In this document: positions 7,555-15,076 of the stretch, one piece after another
Layout: every line of letters begins with the position of its first letter
Position numbering within the stretch: the stretch's first letter is position 1
Source of the DNA: Candidatus Saccharimonadota bacterium
GTDB lineage: Bacteria > Patescibacteriota > Saccharimonadia > Saccharimonadales > Saccharimonadaceae
Length of the DNA: 32,000 bases
Reading direction: 5' to 3'
Assembly: GCF_025273655.1 (NCBI RefSeq)
Contig: NZ_CP045921.1
Span: forward strand, 690,001-722,000
Made by a program: the position numbers and the translations under genes
The notes under the pieces: generated by a model
The model's input: only the letters and a program-made list of their open reading frames with translations
Told to the model about the DNA's origin: nothing
The model's database searches: none

Positions 7555-7938
7555 CTAGATATCCAGATCGTCGAGGTCTTCCAGCTCTCTGCGTGAACGC
7601 TTGGCATAGTCAGATGAGCCGTCTTCTGCGTCGTCACTGGCACGCTCTTCTCGCACCACCTCGTCATCACTCGACACGCTATAGCCTTCACCGTCGTTGT
7701 TGACGATCTTCAGATTGTAGCGCGCATCGTTCTTCGTACCTAGCGCACGTAGCAATGTACGCAGGCTTTGTGCCGTGACACCACGTTTGCCGATCACGCG
7801 GCCAAGGTCTTCTGGGTTCACCGTGAGGGTGAGCAATACACCTTTTTCATCGATGATGCGTTCTACTACCACATCATCTGGATTTCCCACTAGGGATTTT
7901 ACGATATATTCTACGAATTGCTGATCTATGGTCGACAT
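7555..7938 (-). CDS. KH-domain RNA-binding protein (YlqC/UPF0109-like) with acidic C-terminal tail
   Basis: 127 aa. GGAGGG 3 nt upstream of ATG 7938 (short spacing). KH core VKSLVGNPDDVVVERIIDEKGVLLTLTVNPEDLGRVIGKRGVTAQSLRTLL. Sits directly after rpsP, as in many bacteria. Confidence 0.85.
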   Translation of the reverse strand: MSTIDQQFVEYIVKSLVGNPDDVVVERIIDEKGVLLTLTVNPEDLGRVIGKRGVTAQSLRTLLRALGTKNDARYNLKIVNNDGEGYSVSSDDEVVREERASDDAEDGSSDYAKRSRRELEDLDDLDI

Positions 7939-8019
7939 GTGCCCTCCTCTAGCCTTCTCGGTCTCTCACTATTATCGTAACTTCAGTATAGCATGAGTAC
8001 TTTAGCGTGCGCTAGATAT

Positions 8020-8049
8020 ACAAAACACCCAGCTCGTAGAACTGGGTGT
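8020..8049 (-). terminator. intrinsic terminator after rpsP
   Basis: ACACCCAG / CTGGGTGT 8-bp stem (8025-8049), followed on the minus strand by TTTTGT. Confidence 0.65.
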
Positions 8050-8069
8050 AATTGCATAAGGAAGTAAAT

Positions 8070-8435
8070 TTACGCTTCTGCAGCTTCTTCTACTGGCGCT
8101 TCTTCGGCTACTTCTTCTTTGGGCTGGTTTTTGCGCAGCTTTTCAGCGTTGCGGATAGCTTTTTGCTTGCTATCGTCGTGAGTCTTCACCCATGTAGGTA
8201 GTTTAACACCCGCTTCTTTGAGAAGTTTGACGACACGAGGGCTAGGCTGCGCACCGTTGTCTAGATATTTCTGTGCTTTCTCTTTGTCAATAGATGCTTC
8301 TTTGGTGTGTGGGTTGTAGCTACCGACATAAGCCACTACGCGACCACTGCTAGGGTGACGCTGAGCTTCCTGTACAGCTACGCGGTAAACTGGATAGGCT
8401 TTGCGGCCGAGGCGTTGCAAACGAATTGCGAGCAT
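8070..8435 (-). CDS. rpsP: 30S ribosomal protein S16
   Basis: MLAIRLQRLGRKAYPVYRVAVQEAQRHPSSGRVVAYVGSYNPHTK is the S16 N-terminal signature. AAGGAAG upstream. C-terminal ~40-aa charged extension. Confidence 0.95.
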   Translation of the reverse strand: MLAIRLQRLGRKAYPVYRVAVQEAQRHPSSGRVVAYVGSYNPHTKEASIDKEKAQKYLDNGAQPSPRVVKLLKEAGVKLPTWVKTHDDSKQKAIRNAEKLRKNQPKEEVAEEAPVEEAAEA

Positions 8436-8513
8436 GTTAGTTAAACTTCCTTTATCTCTCTTAGACTTTTGTGATTAGTTCTCTGCCGAGTATACAGTAT
8501 TTTACAGAGTACG

Positions 8514-9230
8514 TCAATCTGTTTTGATAGCTTTGTACTTCACTAGCGCCGCACGTGCTGCGGCCTGCTGTGCATTTTGCTTACTTGGACCAGTACCTTT
8601 ACCCATCAGCTTATCACCCACGAACACGCCGAGTGTAAACACCTTATCATGATCTGGTCCGACTTCTTCCAGTACTTTGTAGACCGGCGTGTGGCCATCG
8701 ATGCGCTGACTCACTTCTTGCAGATGAGATTTTGGATCGCGCCAACTGCCACTCTCGAGGATACCGTCGATTTTACTTGTGATATGTGTATGTATGAACT
8801 TTTCTGCGTCTGCGTAACCACGCTCCAAGTATATTGCGCCAATCACGGCTTCAAATGCGTTTGCGAGAATTTGCTGACGCGCCCTGCTACTACCCTGCTT
8901 TTCGCCACGACTCATCCGTACGAGTGATTCATAACCGATGGCGTCGCCTGCCGCGCCAATACTCTCCGTACGCACCAGTGCTGCACGCCAGCTTGTCAGA
9001 ATCCCTTCTGGCTCAGCATAGTTATTGTAGAGAAAATCCGTCACTACCAGCTCAAGCACGGCATCGCCTAGAAATTCCAGGCGCTCGTTGTGCTCGCTCA
9101 CGCTTTTCTTGTGTTCGTTGACATAACTGCGGTGCGTTAGCGCAGTAATAAGCAAATCAATGTTTTCAAACTCAAATCCCAACTTCTCGATTGCGAAGTC
9201 TTGGTAGGGCTGCTTCAACATGCCCGTCAT
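8514..9230 (-). CDS. rnc: ribonuclease III
   Basis: 238 aa. RNase III signature ERLEFLGDAVLELVV plus a C-terminal dsRBD (GPDHDKVFTLGVFV...QQAAARAAL). Confidence 0.95.
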   Translation of the reverse strand: MTGMLKQPYQDFAIEKLGFEFENIDLLITALTHRSYVNEHKKSVSEHNERLEFLGDAVLELVVTDFLYNNYAEPEGILTSWRAALVRTESIGAAGDAIGYESLVRMSRGEKQGSSRARQQILANAFEAVIGAIYLERGYADAEKFIHTHITSKIDGILESGSWRDPKSHLQEVSQRIDGHTPVYKVLEEVGPDHDKVFTLGVFVGDKLMGKGTGPSKQNAQQAAARAALVKYKAIKTD

Positions 9231-9724
9231 AGGTTTTCCTGCCGTATCTTCTTCATTGCAAGCAGCATGAGCTTGCCAATATCTTCGTATTCAATCTCTT
9301 CGAGTGCATCGTGAAACTTAAACCATTTGATACCATTCATCCATTCTTCTTTTTGGATGGCGTTCGTGTCGCCTTTGGCCTTTACGAGGTAGATTTGTGT
9401 CGTCATAAGCACCAGCTTGTCGATACGACGATAACGGAAATGTATCTTGCCGAGCCATCCCAGCATGTCGACGTCTTTCAGACCCGCCTCTTCCCCGATC
9501 TCGCGTTTGGCGGTTTGCTGAGCAGTCTCGCCTTCTTCAATATGCCCCTTCGGGATAGTCCAACGATCTTTTGCGTCTTGGATGAGCAGTATCTCTACGC
9601 CGCCTTTTTCGTCACGGCGAAATACAATACCACCAGCGGTTGGCTCACGCACAATTTCCTGAATACTCGGTCGTTTCCGATTGAAATATTTTTTGAATTT
9701 ATCAAACTTCGGAGGTGTTGCCAT
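9227..9724 (-). CDS. Nudix hydrolase
   Basis: 165 aa from ATG 9724 (GGAGGAA upstream). Complete Nudix box GHIEEGETAQQTAKREIGEEAGL = Gx5Ex7REUxEExGU. The start lies 23 nt inside nusB and the stop overlaps the rnc start (ATGA, 9227-9230). The longer track ORF (to 9961) is an out-of-frame shadow over nusB. Confidence 0.85.
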   Translation of the reverse strand: MATPPKFDKFKKYFNRKRPSIQEIVREPTAGGIVFRRDEKGGVEILLIQDAKDRWTIPKGHIEEGETAQQTAKREIGEEAGLKDVDMLGWLGKIHFRYRRIDKLVLMTTQIYLVKAKGDTNAIQKEEWMNGIKWFKFHDALEEIEYEDIGKLMLLAMKKIRQENL

Positions 9725-10160
9725 CGCCTTGTTCCTCCACAAGCGTACGATACGCCGTGCCAAGCACGCCGTTGATGAATTTGCTTGAGTTATCAGAACC
9801 AAACGACTTAGCAAGTTCGACAGCTTCGTTGATAGCCACGCGAGATGGCACATCGGCTTGCTTGTAGAGCAGCTCGTAGAGACCGATACGCAGTATATTG
9901 CGGTCGATACGTGCGACCTGTGCGAGTGGCCAGTCTGGCGCGAGTGGCTGCAATGTCTCATCTAGCTTGGCAAGGTGCTCTATGACACCGTTTACTAGCT
10001 CCGAGACGAACTTAGTATCGCCGATATCGTCCTTGTAGCGGTCGAGATTGCGCTCGATCACCGCGTCCACATCAACAGGCGTCTCGTCGCTGTGACGAAA
10101 CTCATACTCATACAGGCTCTGGAGAGCCACGATCCTGCCGAGGTGTCGATTTGAAGCCAT
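9702..10160 (-). CDS. nusB: transcription antitermination factor NusB
   Basis: 152 aa. RHLGRIVALQSLYEYEF near the N-terminus and VAINEAVELAKSFG...SKFINGVLG near the C-terminus are typical of NusB. Confidence 0.9.
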   Translation of the reverse strand: MASNRHLGRIVALQSLYEYEFRHSDETPVDVDAVIERNLDRYKDDIGDTKFVSELVNGVIEHLAKLDETLQPLAPDWPLAQVARIDRNILRIGLYELLYKQADVPSRVAINEAVELAKSFGSDNSSKFINGVLGTAYRTLVEEQGDGNTSEV

Positions 10161-10210
10161 GTCGTTAACGTTCTTTCTTTAGTATTCGTTTATTTTATTG
10201 TAGAACAAAA

Positions 10211-10228
10211 CAGGAGAAAAGTCTCCTG
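10211..10228 (-). terminator. short hairpin after rpmF (weak terminator/attenuator)
   Basis: CAGGAG / CTCCTG 6-bp stem with 6-nt loop, followed on the minus strand by TTTTGTTCT. nusB starts ~50 nt further on. Confidence 0.45.
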
Positions 10229-10236
10229 GGTCTTGC

Positions 10237-10377
10237 TTATTTTTTACCAGTTTCGCGTTTGGTCGTTTTGACTTTCACTGGTGAGGTCGCGTTTACGCGG
10301 CGTGCGAGTTTGAGCACGATGTGGCTGCGGCGCAGACCTGTTTTGCGTGGGCTGCTCTGCTTCTTTGGCTGTGCCAT
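10237..10377 (-). CDS. rpmF: 50S ribosomal protein L32
   Basis: Not in the ORF track (46 aa). My translation of the minus strand: MAQPKKQSSPRKTGLRRSHIVLKLARRVNATSPVKVKTTKRETGKK, ending in TAA at 10237-10239. It matches the L32 N-terminal pattern MAxPKK...R...RRSH. AGGAG 10 nt upstream. Confidence 0.85.
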   Translation of the reverse strand: MAQPKKQSSPRKTGLRRSHIVLKLARRVNATSPVKVKTTKRETGKK

Positions 10378-10416
10378 GTCAGAATTACTCCTTATTTTAT
10401 TTAGAAACTAGGATTG

Positions 10417-10445
10417 ATTATACTACAGATATCTCGCTAACTCAA
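10417..10445 (-). promoter_or_regulatory. sigma70-like promoter of rpmF
   Basis: Minus strand: TTGAGT (10440-10445), 17-nt spacer, TATAAT (10417-10422). Back-to-back with the divergent promoter at 10453. Confidence 0.6.
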
Positions 10446-10452
10446 GAATGTA

Positions 10453-10481
10453 TTGACATTTTGTCATGCTTATGCTATTAT
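10453..10481 (+). promoter_or_regulatory. consensus-like promoter giving a leaderless transcript
   Basis: TTGACA (10453-10458), 17-nt spacer, TATTAT (10476-10481), then only 6 nt (GTAAAT) before ATG 10488. No SD. Confidence 0.65.
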
Positions 10482-10487
10482 GTAAAT

Positions 10488-11030
10488 ATGACTGAACGAA
10501 TTACACGATCACGAAATGAAAAAAACACTACGAACGAAACGCCAGCATGGATTAAATTTGCCGGCGCAGCCGCTATTGCGGGAGCTGCTACGTTTGGTAT
10601 CTACAAGGCTAACGAAGCACCTGTTGAAGCAGAACGGCCTCAGGACAGCTACACTGTCTACAGTCTCGATCAGGGTAAACTGAGTGACAGCGAGTATGTC
10701 GATGAAGAAGGGGCGATTACGCCTATCGGCGCGGCTCTGACGATTATCGATAAGCGTATTCAATCTCGAACCGATACTCCAGATCTTACACCCGAACAGA
10801 GAATGTCCCTCATGAATAGTGCGAACATAGCCTACCAAGAATTCCAAAAAGAGCATGGTGTACCGCAGCCCAGCACTGTTGTCGCTGTTTATAGCGGCGA
10901 ATTCGACGGCAAGCCCGGTGTAGATTGGCGCGTCCAGCTTAAAACACCGGAAGATACTTCAGAACCTGGCCCATCTGTATTCTCTGAGGACGGAAAGCAG
11001 GAGCTTCCTTCATATTTCAACGAGACATAA
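10488..11030 (+). CDS. membrane-anchored (probably extracytoplasmic) protein, unknown function
   Basis: Track ORF 10347-11030 trimmed to ATG 10488 on promoter geometry. 180 aa with a basic N-terminus, one TM helix (AWIKFAGAAAIAGAATFGIY) and an acidic soluble domain. Confidence 0.6.
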   Translation: MTERITRSRNEKNTTNETPAWIKFAGAAAIAGAATFGIYKANEAPVEAERPQDSYTVYSLDQGKLSDSEYVDEEGAITPIGAALTIIDKRIQSRTDTPDLTPEQRMSLMNSANIAYQEFQKEHGVPQPSTVVAVYSGEFDGKPGVDWRVQLKTPEDTSEPGPSVFSEDGKQELPSYFNET

Positions 11031-11041
11031 ACAACATATAG

Positions 11042-13927
11042 CTACTTTACGATGCTCACCAGCCGACCAGGGACATAAATCACCTTGGTCGGTTTTTTGT
11101 CGCCCAGGAACTGCTGCACATGCTCGTCGGCTAGAGCCGCTGACTTGACGTCTTCTTCTGGCGTATCGACAGCCAGCTCCAGCTTGGCGCGTAATTTGCC
11201 GTTTACCTGGACGATAATCATCATCGTGTCACTGATGATCTTTGACTCGTCCCATGACGGCCACTGCTCGAAATCAAGCTGCGTGTCGCGACCAAGCTGC
11301 TCCCATAGCTCCGCAGTCATGTGCGGCGCAAACGGCTGCAAGAGTGTCACGAGCGTCTCCAGAGGTTGTTGCCAATCGGCCGTAAAACCTTCGGTTTTGA
11401 GCTTGTAGAGATCATTGACATACTCCATGAGCGCAGCGATAGCCGTATTGAAACTGAGACGACGGATGTCGTCGGTTACTTTTTTAGTGGTTGCATGCGT
11501 CAAGGTATCTAGTTTTTTCGAGTCGGCACCCCCTGCTTTGTCGCTTTCATCGTATTCTTGCACTAGCGTCCAGACGCGATTGAGAAAACGGTATACGCCA
11601 GCGATGCCTTTGCTGCTCCAGTTGCTGTTTTCGTTGATAGGTCCGAGGAATAGCTCGAATGTACGAAGGGCATCGGCACCATAGCCAGCATCTATCACTT
11701 CCAGCGGATCGACCACGTTGCCTTTGCTCTTGCTCATCTTGGTGCCGTCTTCGGCTTGGATAAGACCGTGGTAGACAAGCTGTTTGACCGGCTCTTTCTC
11801 CGGCACGAGTCCCATATCATAGAACACATGATTCCAGAATCGCACGTACAGAAGGTGCGCGACCGCGTGATCCCCACCTATATACATATCTACCGGACTC
11901 CAATAGTCAGCCTTGGCTGGGTCCCATGCTTGCTTGGCGTTCTGCGAGTCGGTGTAACGCAGGAGGTACCAGCTACTGCAGGCATAGCCATCCATAGTAT
12001 CGGTCTCGCGCTTGGCTGGCTTGCCGCAGGTCGGACAAGTGGTGTTTACCCAGTCAGTCTCGCGAGCGAGTACGGATTTGCCATCGCCTTTTGGCGCATA
12101 ATCCGCTACTTCCGGCAGCACCACCGGCAGCTGATCGGCTGGTACTGGCACCGCACCATGCTCGTCACAGTGAATAATCGGTATTGGCGCGCCCCAGTAG
12201 CGCTGACGGCTGATAAGCCAATCACGCATCTTGTAGATGACCTTACTTCGTCCGACGCCCTGCTGCTCGAGCCATGCCACGATCTCTTCGCGCGCTTCGC
12301 TGGTGTGCGTGCCGTCAAATGCTCCAGAGTTAACAAGTAGACCTTCGCGCACATCGGTGTCAATCAGCTTACCCGCCAAATAATCACGCCAGCCCTTGGC
12401 GTGGGTTGACCAGTTGATCATATCTACCACTTCGCTCTTTGGCGCCCAGATCACACCATGCAACCCTTGTTCTATCTCACTGTCAACCTGCACTGTCTTA
12501 TCTATCACGACTTCATAATATGCACCCCATGTTTGATGATTACGGTTTTTGATAGTTCTTTGGGCATGAACTCCGCTAAATGGTGCTACCTGGCGAATGC
12601 TAATGATGTTTGGATAGCCAACCTCTTCGAGTATTTCGCGACGAAGTGCCATCTCGATTGACTCATCTTCTTCATCAACGCCACCGCCTACGAAGTGGAC
12701 ATCCTCTTGGGTATCACTTACTTTTTCAACTTGCAGTAAATAGTTTCCCTCACCATCGGTAATAATTGCATCGACAACCTGCTTTTTGCGAGTAGGCCAG
12801 TCTTCACGAGGTGCAAGTTTTCCGCTCAGTACCTCGTATTCTGCCACTACCTGCACGATAGGCAACTCGTACTTCGTAGCAAATGCGAAGTCACGCTCGT
12901 CGTGCGCCGGCACAGCCATGACTGCTCCCGTACCGTAGCCACCAAGTACGTAATCCGCTACCCAGATAGGGATTTTTTCGCCGTTGACTGGATTTACCGC
13001 ATAACTACCCGTCCATACACCAGTTTTTTCTTTGCCTTCCGACTGACGCTCAATCTCTGACTTTTTGACTGCATCATCTATGTATTTTTCGACATTTTCA
13101 CGCATCTCGTCTGTCGCGAGACTCCTCGCGAGTGGATGCTCCGGCGCCAGTACGAGGAATGTCGCACCAAACAACGTGTCTGGACGCGTAGAAAAGACCG
13201 TAATAAGTTCATCACGACCTTCGACCGCGAAATCAATCTCAGCACCCTGTGACCGTCCGATCCAGTTGGTCTGGGCTGTCTTGATTTTCTCTGGCCAGTT
13301 GAGGTCTGGGATTTCCTCGAGCAGTTCATCTGCGTAGTCTGTAATCTTGAAGAACCATTGCTTCATAGACTTTTTCTCGACCTCTGAGCCGCAGCGCCAA
13401 CACTTGCCGCCCTCTACCTGCTCATTGGCGAGCACTGTTTTGTCGACTGGACACCACCACTGGAGCGATTCTTTCTGATAGGCTAGGTCACGCTCAAACA
13501 TCTGCGTGAACACCCACTGTGTCCATTTGTAATACTCAGGATCGGTTGTGTTGATCTCGCGGGACCAGTCAATACTCGCGCCCACGCGCGTAAGCTGGTT
13601 CTTGAAGTTAGCGATGTTTTGCTTGGTGACAACCGCGGGCGCCGTGCCAGTTTTGATCGCGTAGTTCTCCGCCGGCAAGCCAAAACTATCCCAGCCCATA
13701 GGGTATACGACATTATGGCCAAGTGCACGGCGAAAACGCGCGACTGCGTCTACGATAGAGTGCTCGAAGAAGTGCCCAGTATGCATACCTGCACCAGACG
13801 GGTACGGGAACATTCCAGTTACATAATATTTCGGCTTGTCATCGAAATCTTTGGCCCGATACCGTGCATCATCGGCCCAAATCTGCTGCCATTTCGGCTC
13901 TGTCTCTGTCGGATTGTAGCGTCTCAT
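11042..13927 (-). CDS. leuS: leucyl-tRNA synthetase with an internal Nudix-like insertion
   Basis: Class I motifs PYPSGAGMHTGH (HIGH-type) and KMSKSKGN. CP1 editing-domain strings (TRPDTLFGATF, AVMAVPAHDERDFAFA). The track start 13933 is a GTG; ATG 13927 (MRRYNPTE...) has TATACT (minus, 13936-13941) 8 nt upstream. 961-963 aa, versus the ~820-880 I would expect for bacterial LeuRS. Confidence 0.95.
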   Translation of the reverse strand: MRRYNPTETEPKWQQIWADDARYRAKDFDDKPKYYVTGMFPYPSGAGMHTGHFFEHSIVDAVARFRRALGHNVVYPMGWDSFGLPAENYAIKTGTAPAVVTKQNIANFKNQLTRVGASIDWSREINTTDPEYYKWTQWVFTQMFERDLAYQKESLQWWCPVDKTVLANEQVEGGKCWRCGSEVEKKSMKQWFFKITDYADELLEEIPDLNWPEKIKTAQTNWIGRSQGAEIDFAVEGRDELITVFSTRPDTLFGATFLVLAPEHPLARSLATDEMRENVEKYIDDAVKKSEIERQSEGKEKTGVWTGSYAVNPVNGEKIPIWVADYVLGGYGTGAVMAVPAHDERDFAFATKYELPIVQVVAEYEVLSGKLAPREDWPTRKKQVVDAIITDGEGNYLLQVEKVSDTQEDVHFVGGGVDEEDESIEMALRREILEEVGYPNIISIRQVAPFSGVHAQRTIKNRNHQTWGAYYEVVIDKTVQVDSEIEQGLHGVIWAPKSEVVDMINWSTHAKGWRDYLAGKLIDTDVREGLLVNSGAFDGTHTSEAREEIVAWLEQQGVGRSKVIYKMRDWLISRQRYWGAPIPIIHCDEHGAVPVPADQLPVVLPEVADYAPKGDGKSVLARETDWVNTTCPTCGKPAKRETDTMDGYACSSWYLLRYTDSQNAKQAWDPAKADYWSPVDMYIGGDHAVAHLLYVRFWNHVFYDMGLVPEKEPVKQLVYHGLIQAEDGTKMSKSKGNVVDPLEVIDAGYGADALRTFELFLGPINENSNWSSKGIAGVYRFLNRVWTLVQEYDESDKAGGADSKKLDTLTHATTKKVTDDIRRLSFNTAIAALMEYVNDLYKLKTEGFTADWQQPLETLVTLLQPFAPHMTAELWEQLGRDTQLDFEQWPSWDESKIISDTMMIIVQVNGKLRAKLELAVDTPEEDVKSAALADEHVQQFLGDKKPTKVIYVPGRLVSIVK
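12374..12787 (-). other. Nudix-fold-like domain inserted in frame within leuS (aa ~383-520)
   Basis: Contains GVDEEDESIEMALRREILEEVGY (nt 12614-12682), an exact fit to Gx5Ex7REUxEExGU. Preceded by a beta-rich segment (VVDAIITDGEGNYLLQVEK), as in Nudix folds. Hand-counted GC is ~45% versus ~54-58% in flanking leuS sequence. Boundaries are approximate. Confidence 0.7.
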
Positions 13928-13966
13928 ATACACCTAGTATAACAGATAGAGGTAGCGAGGTGACGA

Positions 13967-15010
13967 CTAGTTTGCAGCTGTGATGGATGGCAAGACTTTT
14001 TCGAGTCCGATCGCGTCTTGTGGCGTCGTAACATTTACAGCGACACCATAACTCAAATGTAGATCTACAGCAACATCACCATCGCTTGTCGTCTTGTCAT
14101 ATTTGACCCTCGTAATATTGCCAGAGAATCGATCGATCCAGAGATCGACAGATTGATCGTTGAGATCATCGCCGGCACCAAGTGTAAGTATATTCTGACC
14201 ACAGGTGCCAAGTTTTTTGACTGCACCGTTGCTGGCAACTGCATCTTTGAATTCTTTGAGCTTAGTCTGGTCAATCGATACGCGATAGCCTTTGCTTGTA
14301 CCGTCTGCCGGCAGGCTGTCGTCGATGCTTACGAACTGATGTTTGAGATACGCTCCAGCAAGCTCGTTGCGCGCACTTGAATTGTTTTCGAGCTCGTGCG
14401 AAAACTGCACATAGCAATCACTACTTGTTTCTTGGCCGCCACCAAGCAAGAGTCTGAGCTCCGGCTGGCTGATTTTGAGCCATTTACCTTCCATCTTGGC
14501 ACCGGCATCTACCAGGCTGTTACGCAGCGGTGCGAGTGCCATATCTTGCTGCGCCTGAGTGAGCGACGCAAGGCCTGTGCTTTTCAGCATTGCCCCAACA
14601 AAGGAATCTGCAAAAGATGCCATGAGTTTCTTCGGCTGGTCAACTTTAGCATAGAGAGCACCATCTTCCACTACTATCACATCTGACTTGCCACTCAGTG
14701 CAACAGAATTGCGCGCCCCCGTACCTTGGTACTTAAATGCGACCTGTGCATCAACCGTTTTTTTATCTGTGACAGCATTGATCGTCGTCTCATACGAGCC
14801 GTTACTGCCACTGGATTTTACCGTGCCCTCTACCCCGACACTTTTAGCCTTGACGAGATTACTAAAGCCATTTGCCACCTGACGCTCGGGACTGCGGAAA
14901 AACATAAGAACACCAATCACTACGATCACAAGGAGAACACAAGCAATACCAAGTGCGATGAAAAGGTTTTTATTCGCTTTTTTCGTTTTTTTGGTTGTGG
15001 TCTTCTCCAT
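13967..15010 (-). CDS. membrane-anchored exported protein, unknown function (paralog A)
   Basis: 347 aa. Lys-rich N-terminus, one TM helix (LFIALGIACVLLVIVVIGVLMFF), then a soluble domain with two Cys. AAGGGTG 4 nt upstream of the ATG. Confidence 0.65.
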   Translation of the reverse strand: MEKTTTKKTKKANKNLFIALGIACVLLVIVVIGVLMFFRSPERQVANGFSNLVKAKSVGVEGTVKSSGSNGSYETTINAVTDKKTVDAQVAFKYQGTGARNSVALSGKSDVIVVEDGALYAKVDQPKKLMASFADSFVGAMLKSTGLASLTQAQQDMALAPLRNSLVDAGAKMEGKWLKISQPELRLLLGGGQETSSDCYVQFSHELENNSSARNELAGAYLKHQFVSIDDSLPADGTSKGYRVSIDQTKLKEFKDAVASNGAVKKLGTCGQNILTLGAGDDLNDQSVDLWIDRFSGNITRVKYDKTTSDGDVAVDLHLSYGVAVNVTTPQDAIGLEKVLPSITAAN

Positions 15011-15076
15011 CGTGCACCCTTTTATGATTATGCTTATTGCTTCAGTTATACCACAGCTACCGAGTCAAAGCCAGTA

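Noticed and set aside
7416-7691. 91-aa minus-strand ORF overlapping the end of the KH gene
   Set aside because: Out of frame with the well-supported KH gene. Cys/His/Trp-rich improbable composition and no SD. The non-overlapping tail is better explained as non-coding (see the sRNA candidate).
9725-9961. Upstream 79 codons of the Nudix ORF (track 9227-9961)
   Set aside because: Lies entirely inside nusB in another frame, with Cys/Ser/His-rich nonsense composition. A GGAGGAA-preceded ATG at 9724 starts just before the Nudix fold.
11756-12340. Long antisense ORFs inside leuS, ligA, murF and other large genes (e.g. 11756-12340, 23571-24083, 24244-24663, 16355-16672)
   Set aside because: Typical shadow ORFs opposite strongly supported genes in moderately GC-rich DNA. 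No start signals and no recognisable motifs.
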